Source: an uncultured bacterium (lineage in GTDB: Bacteria; Krumholzibacteriota; Krumholzibacteriia; JACNKJ01). From it: a stretch of 64,000 nucleotides of DNA. Under the pieces are notes generated by a model that saw only the letters and a list, made by a program, of their open reading frames with translations, was not told the origin of the DNA and searched no databases. Below are positions 43,701 through 54,849 of this stretch, piece by piece (position 1 is the stretch's first letter; every line of letters starts with the position of its first letter). The stretch is from positions 544,001-608,000 of the forward strand of contig CAVOFT010000001.1 in the NCBI GenBank assembly GCA_963695095.1. The letters run 5' to 3'. The position numbers and the translations under genes were made by a program.

Positions 43701-44110
43701 CGTGCTGGCCACGTTGGACTTCCGCGTCCTCGCGGTGGGCGATCCCGGCCTGGGTCTGGGCGAGATCCTTGCCCGCGGCTCCGACAACAGAGCGCGCGCG
43801 ATCGAGGCGGCGGTGCTGCCGGCGGCGCCGGCGGCCACCCGACTGCGCCAGAACGGCTCCCAATCCCTTCAACCCGAAGACCATGCTGAACTTCGACCTG
43901 GCCAGTGCGGGTCGCGTCACGCTGCGGCTCTACGACGTAGGGGGGCGCCTAATCCAGACGCTCGTCGACGAGGAACGCCCGGCGGGCTGGTATCAGGCCG
44001 AGTGGGACGGCCGCGACGCGCAGGGCCGTCGCTTGGCGACGGGTGTGTACTTCGCGTGCCTCGAGACGTCGGATTACCGGCAGACGCGCAAGCTTGTGCT
44101 GGTCAAGTAA
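34793..44110 (+). CDS. Giant (~3100 aa) exported protein: DUF6605/dimethylformamidase-beta-like, Ig, DUF4082, Big_5, deacetylase-like barrel, 3x(FN3 + lectin-like), dockerin-like, cohesin-like, FlgD-Ig (several frameshifts)
   Basis: GTG after GGAGG; IQGYATDISVN, FQTSDTTWQAYN, SVGHDEYWS, FFSGNEVYWK; VELGVKF...NYWVDVVF (DUF4082); MTGDDH; WxTDEPA...GLTPGTxY x3; PNPFNPKT tail ending KLVLVK-TAA. Confidence 0.85.
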
Positions 44111-44155
44111 TGGGCGTCGGTAGCCTCCTTTTGCGCGCGAAACAACGCGCGCGGC

Positions 44156-44240
44156 TGGAAGAGATGGGCGGCCGCCTGCGCCTGGAGAACCACCCGGCCG
44201 GGGGCGCGGTGGCGCGGCTCAGCCTGCCGGCGGGCTGAGC
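44156..44240 (+). repeat. Direct repeat copy 2 (displaced intact kinase 3' end)
   Basis: Encodes EEMGGRLRLENHPAGGAVARLSLPAG*, a clean HATPase_c C-terminus with no kinase body upstream. Confidence 0.9.
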
Positions 44241-44254
44241 CACGCCGCGGGCGG

Positions 44255-44284
44255 TCGACAAGCACCCCCCAAATGGTCTATGAT
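44255..44284 (+). promoter_or_regulatory. sigma70-like promoter
   Basis: TCGACA-18 bp-TATGAT. Confidence 0.35.
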
Positions 44285-44379
44285 GCAGGGACGAGCGCCT
44301 CAGGCGCCGCCTCGGGGCCGCAGGCCCAGGGGAGTCCGCGGGCAGGACCGATCGCTGCCGCCAGGCCATGGAGAGAGGG

Positions 44380-44812
44380 ATGAACCCAGCATTCGTTTAC
44401 ATCGTGGGGACGGCCATCGCCCTCGCTCTGGTGGTTTCGGCGGTCTTCCAGATCCGCGTCATCATCCGGATGCAGGGGCTCATCAAGCGACTGGAAGGCA
44501 CCGCCCAGTACCTGGAAGCGAGCCGGCCCCAGATCGACCGCATCCTGAGCGGCCTGGAAGCGCAGCTCGTCGAGCTGCGCGGCATCAGCGAGAAGGCGAA
44601 CCGCATCGCCGGGAGCGCGGAGAGCGTGACCAGCGACCTGCGCGTCGCCGTGCAACCCATCATCACACAGGTCTCCGATCTCGCGCAGACGGTCCACCAC
44701 CTGCGCGCGGCCACGGTGGCCGCACGGGCCGGCTTCAGCGCCTTCCGGGCATACCGGCAGGCAGACAGCGACGGATCCGGAGCCGCCCATCGAACACGAC
44801 GACGAAAGGTGA
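44380..44812 (+). CDS. DUF948/YoxC-like membrane-anchored coiled-coil protein, copy 1 (frameshift near 44770)
   Basis: N-terminal TM plus coiled coil; ends EPPIEHDDER-TGA, matching the paralogue's EIDLDEER-TGA; precedes YtxH. Confidence 0.6.
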
Positions 44813-44819
44813 GGAGAGC

Positions 44820-45122
44820 ATGTCAAGGAAACAGGATACCCTGCTGGCCTTCCTGGTGGGCGCTGCTGTCGGCAGCGTCGCCGCCCTGCTGCTGGCGCCC
44901 GAGAAGGGCGAGGTCACGCGTCGCCGCCTGCGCGAAGGCGGCGGCAAGGCCATCGACAAGAGCAAGAAGGCGCTGGGCAAGGCGGCGACGGCGGTTGGAG
45001 ATGGGGCCCGCGATACGGGCACGGCCATCGGCGATACGGCCCGCCAGCAGGTGGGTGCGGTCCGAGCGGCGGTCACCGAGGCCAAGGACGCCTACCGGCG
45101 CGAACTGGACAAGTCCTCCTAG
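44820..45122 (+). CDS. YtxH-domain protein, copy 1
   Basis: AFLVGAAVGSVAALLLAPEKGEVTRRRL. Confidence 0.85.
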   Translation: MSRKQDTLLAFLVGAAVGSVAALLLAPEKGEVTRRRLREGGGKAIDKSKKALGKAATAVGDGARDTGTAIGDTARQQVGAVRAAVTEAKDAYRRELDKSS

Positions 45123-45134
45123 GCACACGCTGCA

Positions 45135-45161
45135 GCCCTCCGGTGCTTGGCACCGGAGGGC
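45135..45161. terminator. Hairpin between convergent genes
   Basis: GCCCTCCGGTGC-ttg-GCACCGGAGGGC. Confidence 0.65.
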
Positions 45162-45272
45162 GCTCGGCGGGGCATGGCTTCCCTCTTGATCCTCGAGCTT
45201 CTCATGATCTCGCACAGGAGGCTCTAGCCCTCCACCCCGCTGACCGCGACTGCCGGGTCGTAGAGCGCGGAC

Positions 45273-46948
<1,676 letters not shown>

Positions 46949-46956
46949 GGCCCCTC

Positions 46957-46989
46957 CCTCCTTTTGATGGAGTCTGCCTCATTCTGATG
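46957..46989. promoter_or_regulatory. Candidate activator-binding boxes (2 x 13 bp, 20-bp period)
   Basis: CCTCC-TTT-TGATG (46957) and CCTCA-TTC-TGATG (46977). Confidence 0.6.
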
Positions 46990-47041
46990 GGTGACGCAAG
47001 GGCCTATGTCCGCCAACACCCTGGCAGGACAGCACTTAGGC

Positions 47042-47058
47042 GGGGCACGATAATCGCA
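47042..47058 (+). promoter_or_regulatory. sigma54 -24/-12 promoter
   Basis: GGGGCACGATAATCGCA = GGCACG-N4-TCGCA; divergent from the activator gene. Confidence 0.7.
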
Positions 47059-47158
47059 GTAGCCAGGCCAACTCCGGACGCCCGCGCACACGCACCGTCT
47101 TCACACGCTGGCGCGCGGCGCGAATCCAACCACCGTTGTGGGCTTGAAGGGAGATCGC

Positions 47159-47440
47159 ATGCCGGCGGCGATAGCAAAGATCCGGACACAGCTCGAGTTC
47201 TGGAGCCTCAGGATCGACCATCTCGCGGCGAGGACCCAGATGTCCCACGGCGAGCCCAGCTTCGATGCCCTCGTCCACATCGACGAGTTGAAGGCATTGC
47301 TCGCGATCGCGCAGGCGAAAGTCGATGCCCTCGTCGCTGGTGCCGGCAGAGAGCGGCCCGACCTCGAGGGTGAGTTGAAGTGCGTCATGAACGATCTCGC
47401 CGGCGCCATCAAGGATCCACTGACGCGGCGCCGACGCTGA
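47159..47440 (+). CDS. Small coiled-coil protein, Sll1863-like stress protein
   Basis: KIRTQLEFWSLRIDHL...IDELK...AQAKVDAL pattern; RBS AAGGGAG. Confidence 0.5.
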   Translation: MPAAIAKIRTQLEFWSLRIDHLAARTQMSHGEPSFDALVHIDELKALLAIAQAKVDALVAGAGRERPDLEGELKCVMNDLAGAIKDPLTRRRR

Positions 47441-47464
47441 TATCCCAACCGAGAGGTTTCCGAC

Positions 47465-48109
47465 ATGAGTCGATTTCCAATCAGTATCGGCATTCTCATG
47501 CTGTTCGCCGCGGCGAGCTCGCTGAGTTGCAGCAACAGCCGTGGGCAGGAGCAGAGCAGGGCGGATCAGAAGCCGCGCTTCGAGACGCTCGTCATCCCGG
47601 ACGGGACGACGGTCGTCGTCGCGCTCGACGCGCCGCTCTCCACCGGGACCAACCATAGCGGGGATTCCTTCACCGCGACGACGATCACCCCCATCAATAT
47701 CGACGGCAGAACGGTCGTGCCGGCCGGCGTGCCGGTCCGTGGGGTGCTGTCCGACGTCCAGGCGTCGGGTCGCGTCAAGGGCCGCGCCCAGATGACGCTG
47801 GCCTACCAGTCAATCGGTGACGCAGAAGGTGTCACGCATCCGATCTCCGCGCATCAGCTCACGCTGCAAGCGGCGTCCGCTACACGCGGGGATGTCGAGA
47901 AGATCGCAGCGGGGAGCGTGATTGGCGCGATCGTCGGCGGGATCGCTGGGGGCGGCAAGGGCGCCGCGATCGGCGCGGGCGCCGGCGCGGGCGCTGGGAC
48001 CATTCTCATGCTGGCGACCCAGGGTGACGAGGTGGAGCTGGCGGCAGGGCAGCAGTTGAACGTGCAGATGACCTCTGCCACGGACATCAAAGTCCTGGCG
48101 CAGCGATGA
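47465..48109 (+). CDS. Lipoprotein with TrbI-like beta domain and glycine zipper
   Basis: Lipobox SLSC; IPDGT...LSTGTNHSGDSF; GAIVGGIAGGGKGAAIGAGAGAGAG. Confidence 0.75.
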   Translation: MSRFPISIGILMLFAAASSLSCSNSRGQEQSRADQKPRFETLVIPDGTTVVVALDAPLSTGTNHSGDSFTATTITPINIDGRTVVPAGVPVRGVLSDVQASGRVKGRAQMTLAYQSIGDAEGVTHPISAHQLTLQAASATRGDVEKIAAGSVIGAIVGGIAGGGKGAAIGAGAGAGAGTILMLATQGDEVELAAGQQLNVQMTSATDIKVLAQR

Positions 48110-48651
48110 CCGCGCAGCTCGCGCCATCAAGGCGACTCTATAGGAATCCGCTGAAGAGTACGCGCTGCACATTGACCCTGGCGGCGCTGGCCGTGGCCCT
48201 GAACGCAAGCGTTGCACTCGCCGACCCGGAGAGCGACGTCGGCTTCCGGGGCTGGGGTCCGCGAGTCGGGCTGTCAATGAGGCCCGATCAGGTCCACTTC
48301 GGCGCCCATCTCGACTACGGGCACTTTGCGAGGCACGTTCGTTTCCAGCCCAACATCGAGTTCGGCTTCGGAGACCATGTGGACCTCTTCACGCTCAACG
48401 CAGAGGCGGCCTATCGCTTCAGCGCTGGCGGAGGCACGTGGAGTCCTTATCTCGGTGGCGGGCTTGGCGCCAACATCAAACGCTACGACAGCAGGGGACA
48501 CGACCACTCGGAGACCGACCTTGGCGCCAATGTGCTCGGCGGGATCGAGCGGGGGCTTGCCGGCGGCGACCGCTTCTTCATCGAGGGCAAGTTCAGCCTG
48601 AACGACATCCCCGACGCCAAGGTCACTGTCGGCTGGACATTCTATCACTAG
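48106..48651 (+). CDS. Small outer-membrane beta-barrel protein
   Basis: Signal peptide; WGPRVGL, PYLGGGLG, C-terminal VGWTFYH. Confidence 0.75.
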   Translation: MTAQLAPSRRLYRNPLKSTRCTLTLAALAVALNASVALADPESDVGFRGWGPRVGLSMRPDQVHFGAHLDYGHFARHVRFQPNIEFGFGDHVDLFTLNAEAAYRFSAGGGTWSPYLGGGLGANIKRYDSRGHDHSETDLGANVLGGIERGLAGGDRFFIEGKFSLNDIPDAKVTVGWTFYH

Positions 48652-48726
48652 CCGAGGAGCGAAGCGGGACGCCGTCGAATGACGCTTGTCCCGCTCGCGG
48701 CCCGGCGCCAAGGCAGGAGGTTTGAC

Positions 48727-48876
48727 ATGTTGTGGACAATCGCAGTCGTGCTTGGAGTTCTCTGGCTGCTCGGCCTGGTCACGTCCTACACGCTGGGCGG
48801 CTTCATCCACATTCTGCTCGTCGTGGCCGTTGTCACGGTTCTGATCCGGCTCATTCAGGGTCGCCGCGTGCTGTAG
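48727..48876 (+). CDS. lmo0937-family (DUF5670) small membrane protein
   Basis: MLWTIAVVLGVLWLLGLVTSYTLGGFIHILLVVAVVTVLIRLIQGRR; RBS AGGAGG. Confidence 0.9.
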   Translation: MLWTIAVVLGVLWLLGLVTSYTLGGFIHILLVVAVVTVLIRLIQGRRVL

Positions 48877-48932
48877 CGCGCAGCGCGGCAGATGGGCTCC
48901 TGCGACACATCAACTATCCGGGAGGATACGCA

Positions 48933-49566
48933 ATGAGAGCTATCGATCACTATCGTGGCCGCGAGCCTGGGCCTGTGCCTGGCGCTCCCGGCTGCTGCGC
49001 AGCACATCGGGGTGCTGCAGTCCGCCGAGACCAACCAACAGGGCACTTTCAAGCTGATGGCCGCGCCCATCATGACCTTTGGGAAGGACGGCGCCGACGA
49101 CGAGTTCGGCCTCGCGGCTCGCGCCGGCTACGGCTTCACCGACCGCTTCGACGCCGAAGCCAAGCTCGGGCTCTTCGAGAACGGCACCTTCGCCGGCCTG
49201 GACGGCGAGCTGTGGCTCCTGCAGGGCGACGCCGAAGGCAGCGGCCTGGACTTCTCGCTCACCGGGGGCATCCACTGGCTGTTCGGCAAAGACGAGCGCT
49301 TCGACACCATGGGCGTGGACATCACGCCGCAGTTCAGCGGGCACGTCAGCCCGAAACTCGAGCTATGCGGCGCACTGGATGTCGCCTTCGAGTCGATCAA
49401 GGATGTGCCGCCGGGAGTCGACGACTCCTACACGACGTTACACCTGGTGCCCGGACTCGAGTACCGCCTGTCCGACACCGTTGATTTCATCGGCGAGGTT
49501 GGTATCGCGCTCAATGACGATTCCTTCACCTATGTCGGCGCCGGCCTCGCTTTCTACCTTCGCTAG
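48933..49566 (+). CDS. Outer-membrane beta-barrel protein (frameshift just after start)
   Basis: ATG after GGAGG; signal peptide; alternating strands; C-terminal GAGLAFYLR. Confidence 0.7.
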
Positions 49567-49583
49567 CCAAGAGAGGCAATGAA

Positions 49584-49796
49584 ATGAAGAACCTAGGTAT
49601 CGTACTCGTGGTGCTCGGGGTGCTCGCGCTCGTCTACGGCGGCGTCAGGTACAACAGGGAGCGAACGGTGCTCGACGTGGGTCCGATGCACATCACCGCC
49701 ACTGAGCACCGCAACTATCCCATCCCTGCCATCGCGGGCGCATTGGTGTTGCTCGGCGGCATCGCCTTCCTGGTGGTCGACAAGCGTCGCGCCTAG
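49584..49796 (+). CDS. DUF3185-like small two-TM protein
   Basis: GIVLVVLGVLALVYGG...VLDVGP...PIPAIAGALVLLGG. Confidence 0.75.
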   Translation: MKNLGIVLVVLGVLALVYGGVRYNRERTVLDVGPMHITATEHRNYPIPAIAGALVLLGGIAFLVVDKRRA

Positions 49797-49895
49797 GGGC
49801 CCTGCTGCATTGGCGCGCAGGGCGTCAGGTGCGGGTGGGAGCCTTGGCATCCAAAGGCGATGGCCGATCGCAATCAATCGTCAGGGGAGAGAAGG

Positions 49896-50330
49896 ATGAA
49901 CCCACCTTCATGTATGGAGCTTGGACGCCATCGCCATCGCGGTGCTGGTCTCTGCGGTGCTCCTGGCCCGCGCCCTGATGCCGCTGCGGCAGCTCATCCT
50001 GCGGCTGGAAGACAGCGCCCAGTTCCTGGAAGCGATTCAGCCCAAGGTCGACCGTATCCTGACGGAACTGGAGGCGGAGCTGGTGGCTCTGCGCGGCGTG
50101 AGCGCGAAAGCGAACCGCATCGCGGGGAACGCAGAGAGCGTGACCACGCGACCTGCGGGACGCCGTGCAGCCCATCATTACCGAGGTGGCCGATCTTGCC
50201 CAGGGGGATGCGCCACCTGCGCGCGGCCGCGGTGGCTGTGGGGGCCGGCTTGAGCGCCTGGCGGGGAATCCGCCGGCGCGATGCGGGCGCGGAGCCCGCC
50301 GCTGAAATCGATCTCGATGAAGAAAGGTGA
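49896..50330 (+). CDS. DUF948-like protein, copy 2 (frameshifts)
   Basis: Paralogue of 44380-44812 (RLEDSAQFLEA...ELVALRGVSAKANRIAGNAESVT). Confidence 0.65.
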   Translation: MNPPSCMELGRHRHRGAGLCGAPGPRPDAAAAAHPAAGRQRPVPGSDSAQGRPYPDGTGGGAGGSARRERESEPHRGERRERDHATCGTPCSPSLPRWPILPRGMRHLRAAAVAVGAGLSAWRGIRRRDAGAEPAAEIDLDEER

Positions 50331-50337
50331 AGCGAAC

Positions 50338-50637
50338 ATGGCACGGAAGAGGTACACCGCGCTGGCCTTCCTGATCGGCGCTGCGGCGGGCGGCATCACT
50401 GCGCTCCTGCTGGCACCCGAGAAGGGCAAGATCACGCGCCGCCGGTTGCGCGAGGGGGGCGGCAAGATCGTCGACAAGGGCAAGGATGCATTGGGTCGGA
50501 CGGCAAAGGCGATCGGGGAAGGGGCTCAGGAGCAGGGCCACGCCCTGAGCGCGGCGGCCGGCCAGCAGATGGGCGCGGTGCGCGGGGCAGTCGCCGAAGC
50601 CAAGGACGCCTATCGCCGCGAGATCGACAAGGGCTAG
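50338..50637 (+). CDS. YtxH-domain protein, copy 2
   Basis: AFLIGAAAGGITALLLAPEKGKITRRRLREGGGK. Confidence 0.85.
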   Translation: MARKRYTALAFLIGAAAGGITALLLAPEKGKITRRRLREGGGKIVDKGKDALGRTAKAIGEGAQEQGHALSAAAGQQMGAVRGAVAEAKDAYRREIDKG

Positions 50638-50662
50638 CCGACCCGCAACGCCGGGAGTGATC

Positions 50663-51013
50663 ATGCGTCCGGAGATGCTTGCGGAGATCGAGCAGGAGAT
50701 CGAGCGCCTGCGCCGGCGGCACGCGGGCTATCATGCGCGAGCGGCCGGATGCGCATGAGGTTCCCGCCAGGTGGGCCGCCGAGGTGACGGGCCTGTGCTG
50801 GTTCGTGCCGCTCGAGGACGTGGTCGAAGCCGACATCGACGTGGAGATCACGGGCGAGGCCCTGATCGTGCGCGCGCACCGGAGCAGTCCCGAGCCGGTG
50901 GTCCTGATCGGCCTCCTGCTCGTGCCGCATGGGTACGACCCCGAGCCCGCGGTCATCCGGTTCGCGGAGGAGACGCTGGAGGTCCGGATCCAGCGTCGGC
51001 CGGCCTGCGATGA
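50663..51013 (+). CDS. Divergent Hsp20/alpha-crystallin-like protein (frameshifts)
   Basis: DIDVEITGEALIVRAHR...VPHGYD...FAEETLEVRI; ATGA overlap with dnaJ. Confidence 0.5.
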
Positions 51014-52093
51014 AGAACCACTACGAGATCACTGGGTGTGCCGAGCTCGGCCACGGCCCAGGAGATCAAGAAGGCCTATCGGGCCCTAGCCCTCAAATTC
51101 CATCCGGACAAGAACCCCGGCAACCGCAAAGCCGAGGAGAAGTTCAAGGAGCTGGCCGGGGCCTACGAGGTCCTCTCCAAGCCGGACCAGCGCCGGCAGT
51201 ACGACGAGGCGCTGGCGAATCCCGCTCCCCTCAGGCGCCGGACCCGGGGGCCGCTTCCGGGCCGCCCGGCCGCGCACCATTCGCCGCCGACGGCGAGGGG
51301 ATGTCCATCGACGAGATCCTACGCCGCTTCGGCGACATCTTCGGCGGTCAGTTCGGCGAGGGCCTCCACAGCGCGCGCGGCGCGGCTCGCCCCGGGCAGG
51401 ATGCCGAGGTCGAACTCGAGGTCGACTTCCGCGTGGCGGCGCTCGGGGGAAGGTGTCGGTCTCCCTTTCAGGTGCCGTCGCTTGCCAGCGCTTGCGGCGG
51501 GCGGGGCGCGCTGGGGGACCATCCGGGCTGTGCGACCTGCCACGGCAGCGGGCGAGTGACCGGGCAAGCCAGGGACAAGGGCCAGTTCTTCACCGTCACG
51601 CGTCCCTGCCCGACCTGCCACGGCACCGGCGTGGACCCGGCCCAGCAGTGTCCCGACTGCCACGGCGCCGGCGCCGTGGACCGGACGCGCACGCTCAGCA
51701 TCAGCATTCCCGAGGGCACGCAGGCCGGGACGATCCTTCGCCTGGGGCAGCTCGGTGGCGCCGGCACGGGGGGAGGGCCGCCCGGGGATCTGCTGGTCAA
51801 GGTGCGGGTTCGCCCGGATCCGGTCTTCCGCCGCGAGGGGAACGACATTCACGCGGACGTCCCGGTGCCGATGGCGCATCGCGGCGCTCGGGGGCAAGGT
51901 GGCGCTGCAGACCCTGCGCGGCCAGGTCAAGCTGAGCGTCCCGCTCGGCACCTCCTCCGGCGCGCAGCTCAGGTTGCGCGGGCAGGGCGTCCGGGGTGGG
52001 GATCACATCGCCCGCGTCATGGTCACCGTGCCCGGAAACCCGAGCCCGCGACAGCGGGAGTTGCTCGAGGAGCTGGGGAAGAGCGGGCCCTGA
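51010..52093 (+). CDS. dnaJ: DnaJ-class chaperone with J domain, Zn finger and C-terminal domain (frameshifts)
   Basis: [68 protein letters not shown]. Confidence 0.85.
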
Positions 52094-52155
52094 GGCCGCA
52101 TGACCACAGCCGGCCCGGACCGGCTGGCTGATCTGCGCGGCCGCGGTCGGGAACG

Positions 52156-52194
52156 GGCCCGGCGGCAACCCGGGGGCGGGTTGCCGCGCGGGCC
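52156..52194. terminator. Hairpin between convergent operons
   Basis: GCGGCAACCCG-gggg-CGGGTTGCCGC with extension. Confidence 0.65.
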
Positions 52195-52199
52195 GGTGA

Positions 52200-53791
52200 C
52201 TACGGCGTGGCCTTGCGCGCGACGACGATCTCGACGCGGCGATTGTTGGCGCGCCCCGCATTGGTCATGTTGTCGGCGATGGGATTGCCTTCACCGATCC
52301 CATGGGCCTGCAGGTTGGCGGCGGCGCAGCCGCGGTACACGAGGTAGTCGCGCACGACATCCGCCCGCTGCTGCGACAGGGCGAGGTTGTAGGCGGCGGA
52401 TCCCTGTGAGTCGGTGTGGCCCTCGACGACGACGCTGCGGTCGCTCGTCGTGGCGAGGGCAGCGGCGACCTGGTCGAGCTGCGCCGCCGCGCCTGGCATC
52501 AGCGATCGACTTCATCGGACCGGAAGAGCACGCCTCCCGAGAGCGTGATGATCGTGCCGCGCTCGTCTTCGCGGGTGGCGGCAAGCTCGGCGAGGGCGGT
52601 CTCGGCCGCGGCGGTCTTGGCCTCGGCCACGGTCGTCATCGCTTCGGCGGCGGCGGTCTTCTGCTCGGCTGCGGCAGTCGCCTGCTCGGCCGCAGCCGGC
52701 CCTCCTGCTCGGCGGCGAGCTGCGCGGCCGTCGCCAGGCCGGCCTGTTCGGAGGCGGCCAGGGCCGTGCGCGCCTGGCTCAGGTCCTGCGTCGACCGCTG
52801 CATGAGCAGGCTCTGCGCGGCCGTCTTCTGCTCGAGCTCGCTGTGGGTCCGCTGCTCGGCCTCGATGCGGGCCTTCTGCTCGACGGCGAGGCGATCAGTG
52901 CCGACCTGCTCGGCGTACTCGGAAACCGCGAGCGCCGTCTGCACGCGGCTCAGTTCCTGCGCGTCGACCGGCGGCGCGGCTTCGGCGGCGTCATCTGCGC
53001 CTGCGCGTCGATCTGGCGCGTCGGCGCTCTGCGCCGGGCGCTCCTGCGCGGCGGCCAGCTGCTGCGGCGGCCACCAGGCCGGCCTGCTCGGAGGCGGCCA
53101 GCGCCGTGCGTGCCTCGCTCAATTCACGTGTCCTCTCCTGCACCAACACGCTCTGCGTCAGCGGCCTCCTGCTCGGCTGCGATGCGGGCCTGTTGCTCGA
53201 CCGCAAGCCGGTCGGCGGCGACCTGTCCTGCGTACTCGGAGACCGCCAGCGCCGTGCGCGCATCAGCAACACCCAGCGTCGGGTCCGGAACCACGGCGCT
53301 CGGTGCGGTTTCGAGACGGACCATCCACTCGGCTTTCCGGTCGACCTCCTGCTTTGCGGCACGCTCCTGGGCCGCCGCTACTGGCCGGCCTGCTCGGAGA
53401 CGGCCAGCGCCGTGCGGGTCTCGTCCAGGCTCTGCGTCGTTTCCCGCAGGATGCTGCCTTGCGTCGACAGGAATTCGGTATCCGAGCCCCTCTTGCTCGC
53501 CTGCTCCATGCTGATGGAGGCATGCACGTCCGCCATCTGGGCCTTCCGCTCGGCGACGTAGGCGAGATCCCGTGTCTGGTAGGAATCGGCGTCCTTGGCG
53601 AAGGCCTGCTCGGCCAGATCGAGCGCCTGGCGTGCCTTGTGCAGTTCCGCCGGCGCCAGCTGGACCGCCGGTCCGGCACTCGCCTGCTCGTAGGCACGCC
53701 GGGCGGCGGCGAGCTCGTTGGGGACGGTGGCGGCGCAGCCGCAGACGAAGGCGGCGCACGCGACCATGATCAAGGTGCCAGTGGTGTTCAT
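52200..53791 (-). CDS. DUF4398 + long repeated coiled coil + OmpA-like peptidoglycan-binding lipoprotein (frameshifts)
   Basis: Lipobox VCGC; ELAAARRAY...APAELHKARQAL...AYVAERKAQ; ERGTIITL; VEGHTDSQG, NLALSQQRA, RANNRRVEI. Confidence 0.85.
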
Positions 53792-53807
53792 CGGAAGTTC
53801 CTCCGGA

Positions 53808-54159
53808 TCATCGGTTGGTGTTCTGGAGCTGGCGAACCCGCTCCATGGCCTGCGCGGCCTGCGCCTGCTCGTCCTGCTCGCGGGAGAGCAGGATGGCCAG
53901 CTCCGCGTCGGCTTCGGCGCGCAGCAGCAGCGAGGCCGCCTCGTCCTGCTTGCCCCGCTCGGCCAAGCCCGTGGCGTGTTCCAGCTCCTCCTTGGCCAGT
54001 TGCAGGTGGAGCGCAGCGCGCGGACTCTCGTCCGCCCCCACCGCCTCGGCGGCGCGAATGGCCGAGGAGGACGACTCCGTCTGCAACGGGGGATTGCCGG
54101 AACAGCCGGCGGCGGCCAGGGCGAAGAGCAGCCCGCCGAGCACGTAGTAGACGTCTCAT
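53808..54159 (-). CDS. DUF4398 lipoprotein (frameshift near start)
   Basis: Lipobox AAGC; AIRAAEAVGA...AALHLQLAKEE...RAEADAELA; ATG after AAGGAGG. Confidence 0.8.
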
Positions 54160-54191
54160 CGATCCCTCCTTGACGAAGGCCCCGGCCCGCT

Positions 54192-54849
54192 CTAGAAGCT
54201 GAAGCCCCAGGACCAGCATGGTGGTGAAGCCGTTGAGCTTGAAGCCGTTCAGGGCGTACTCGGTGTCGTTCAGCTTGATCTTCTCGTCGCCGAACGAGGG
54301 ATTGGCCCAGACGTAGCGGCCTTCCGCCCCGATGAAGGCGTTCTTCGAGACGTTGACGTTCAGCCCGGCGCCAGTGTGAAGCCCGTAGGTCGTGGTGCCG
54401 CTGAAGGTGTTCAGGTTGTCGCTCACTTCGACCTTCGTGAAGTAGGCGCCGACGCCCAGCTCACCGTAGGGATCGACGACCCCGACCGGAATGAGCGCCT
54501 TGGCCGACACGAGAATCGGGATGACGTTGAAGTTCACGTCGTGGCGAGTCGATACAGCGGCGTCCGGCGCCACGGATCCCTTGCCCTGGAAGTAGCCAGC
54601 GCCGACTTCGAGGGCCAGCGTGGGCAGGAAGTAGTGGCCGAAGGCGATCTCGCCGGCGGCGCCAAGCTCGGTGTCGCCGTCGAAGGTGGTCTCGACGTCG
54701 AGGTTGGCGAGGGAAAAGGTCGCGCTGGGCGAGTAGATGCCGCCCTTGAGCGCGACGTAGCTGCCCAGCTTTTCCGCCCGCGCAGCCGGGGGCGCCAGAC
54801 CCAGCACGCCGATCATGGCCAGCAAGACCAGAGTCTGCTTCGTCTTCAC
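54192..54849 (-). CDS. OmpW/porin-like outer-membrane beta-barrel
   Basis: GTG after AAGGAG; signal peptide; DPYGELGVGAYF; ends LGFSF-TAG after removing one G. Confidence 0.8.

Noticed and set aside
31760..44155. Calling the cassette a prophage, ICE or transposon
   Set aside because: No integrase, transposase, phage or conjugation genes recognised; only the flanking repeats support mobility
38122..44238. 2038-aa ORF ending in a histidine-kinase C-terminus (surface protein-kinase fusion)
   Set aside because: A frameshift near 43855 skips the true FlgD-Ig tail and stop (44110) and reads into the repeat copy
44344..44359. Possible sigma54 site AGGACCGATCGCTGCC upstream of DUF948 copy 1
   Set aside because: Only the minimal GG-N10-GC matches, which is frequent at this GC content; no activator boxes nearby
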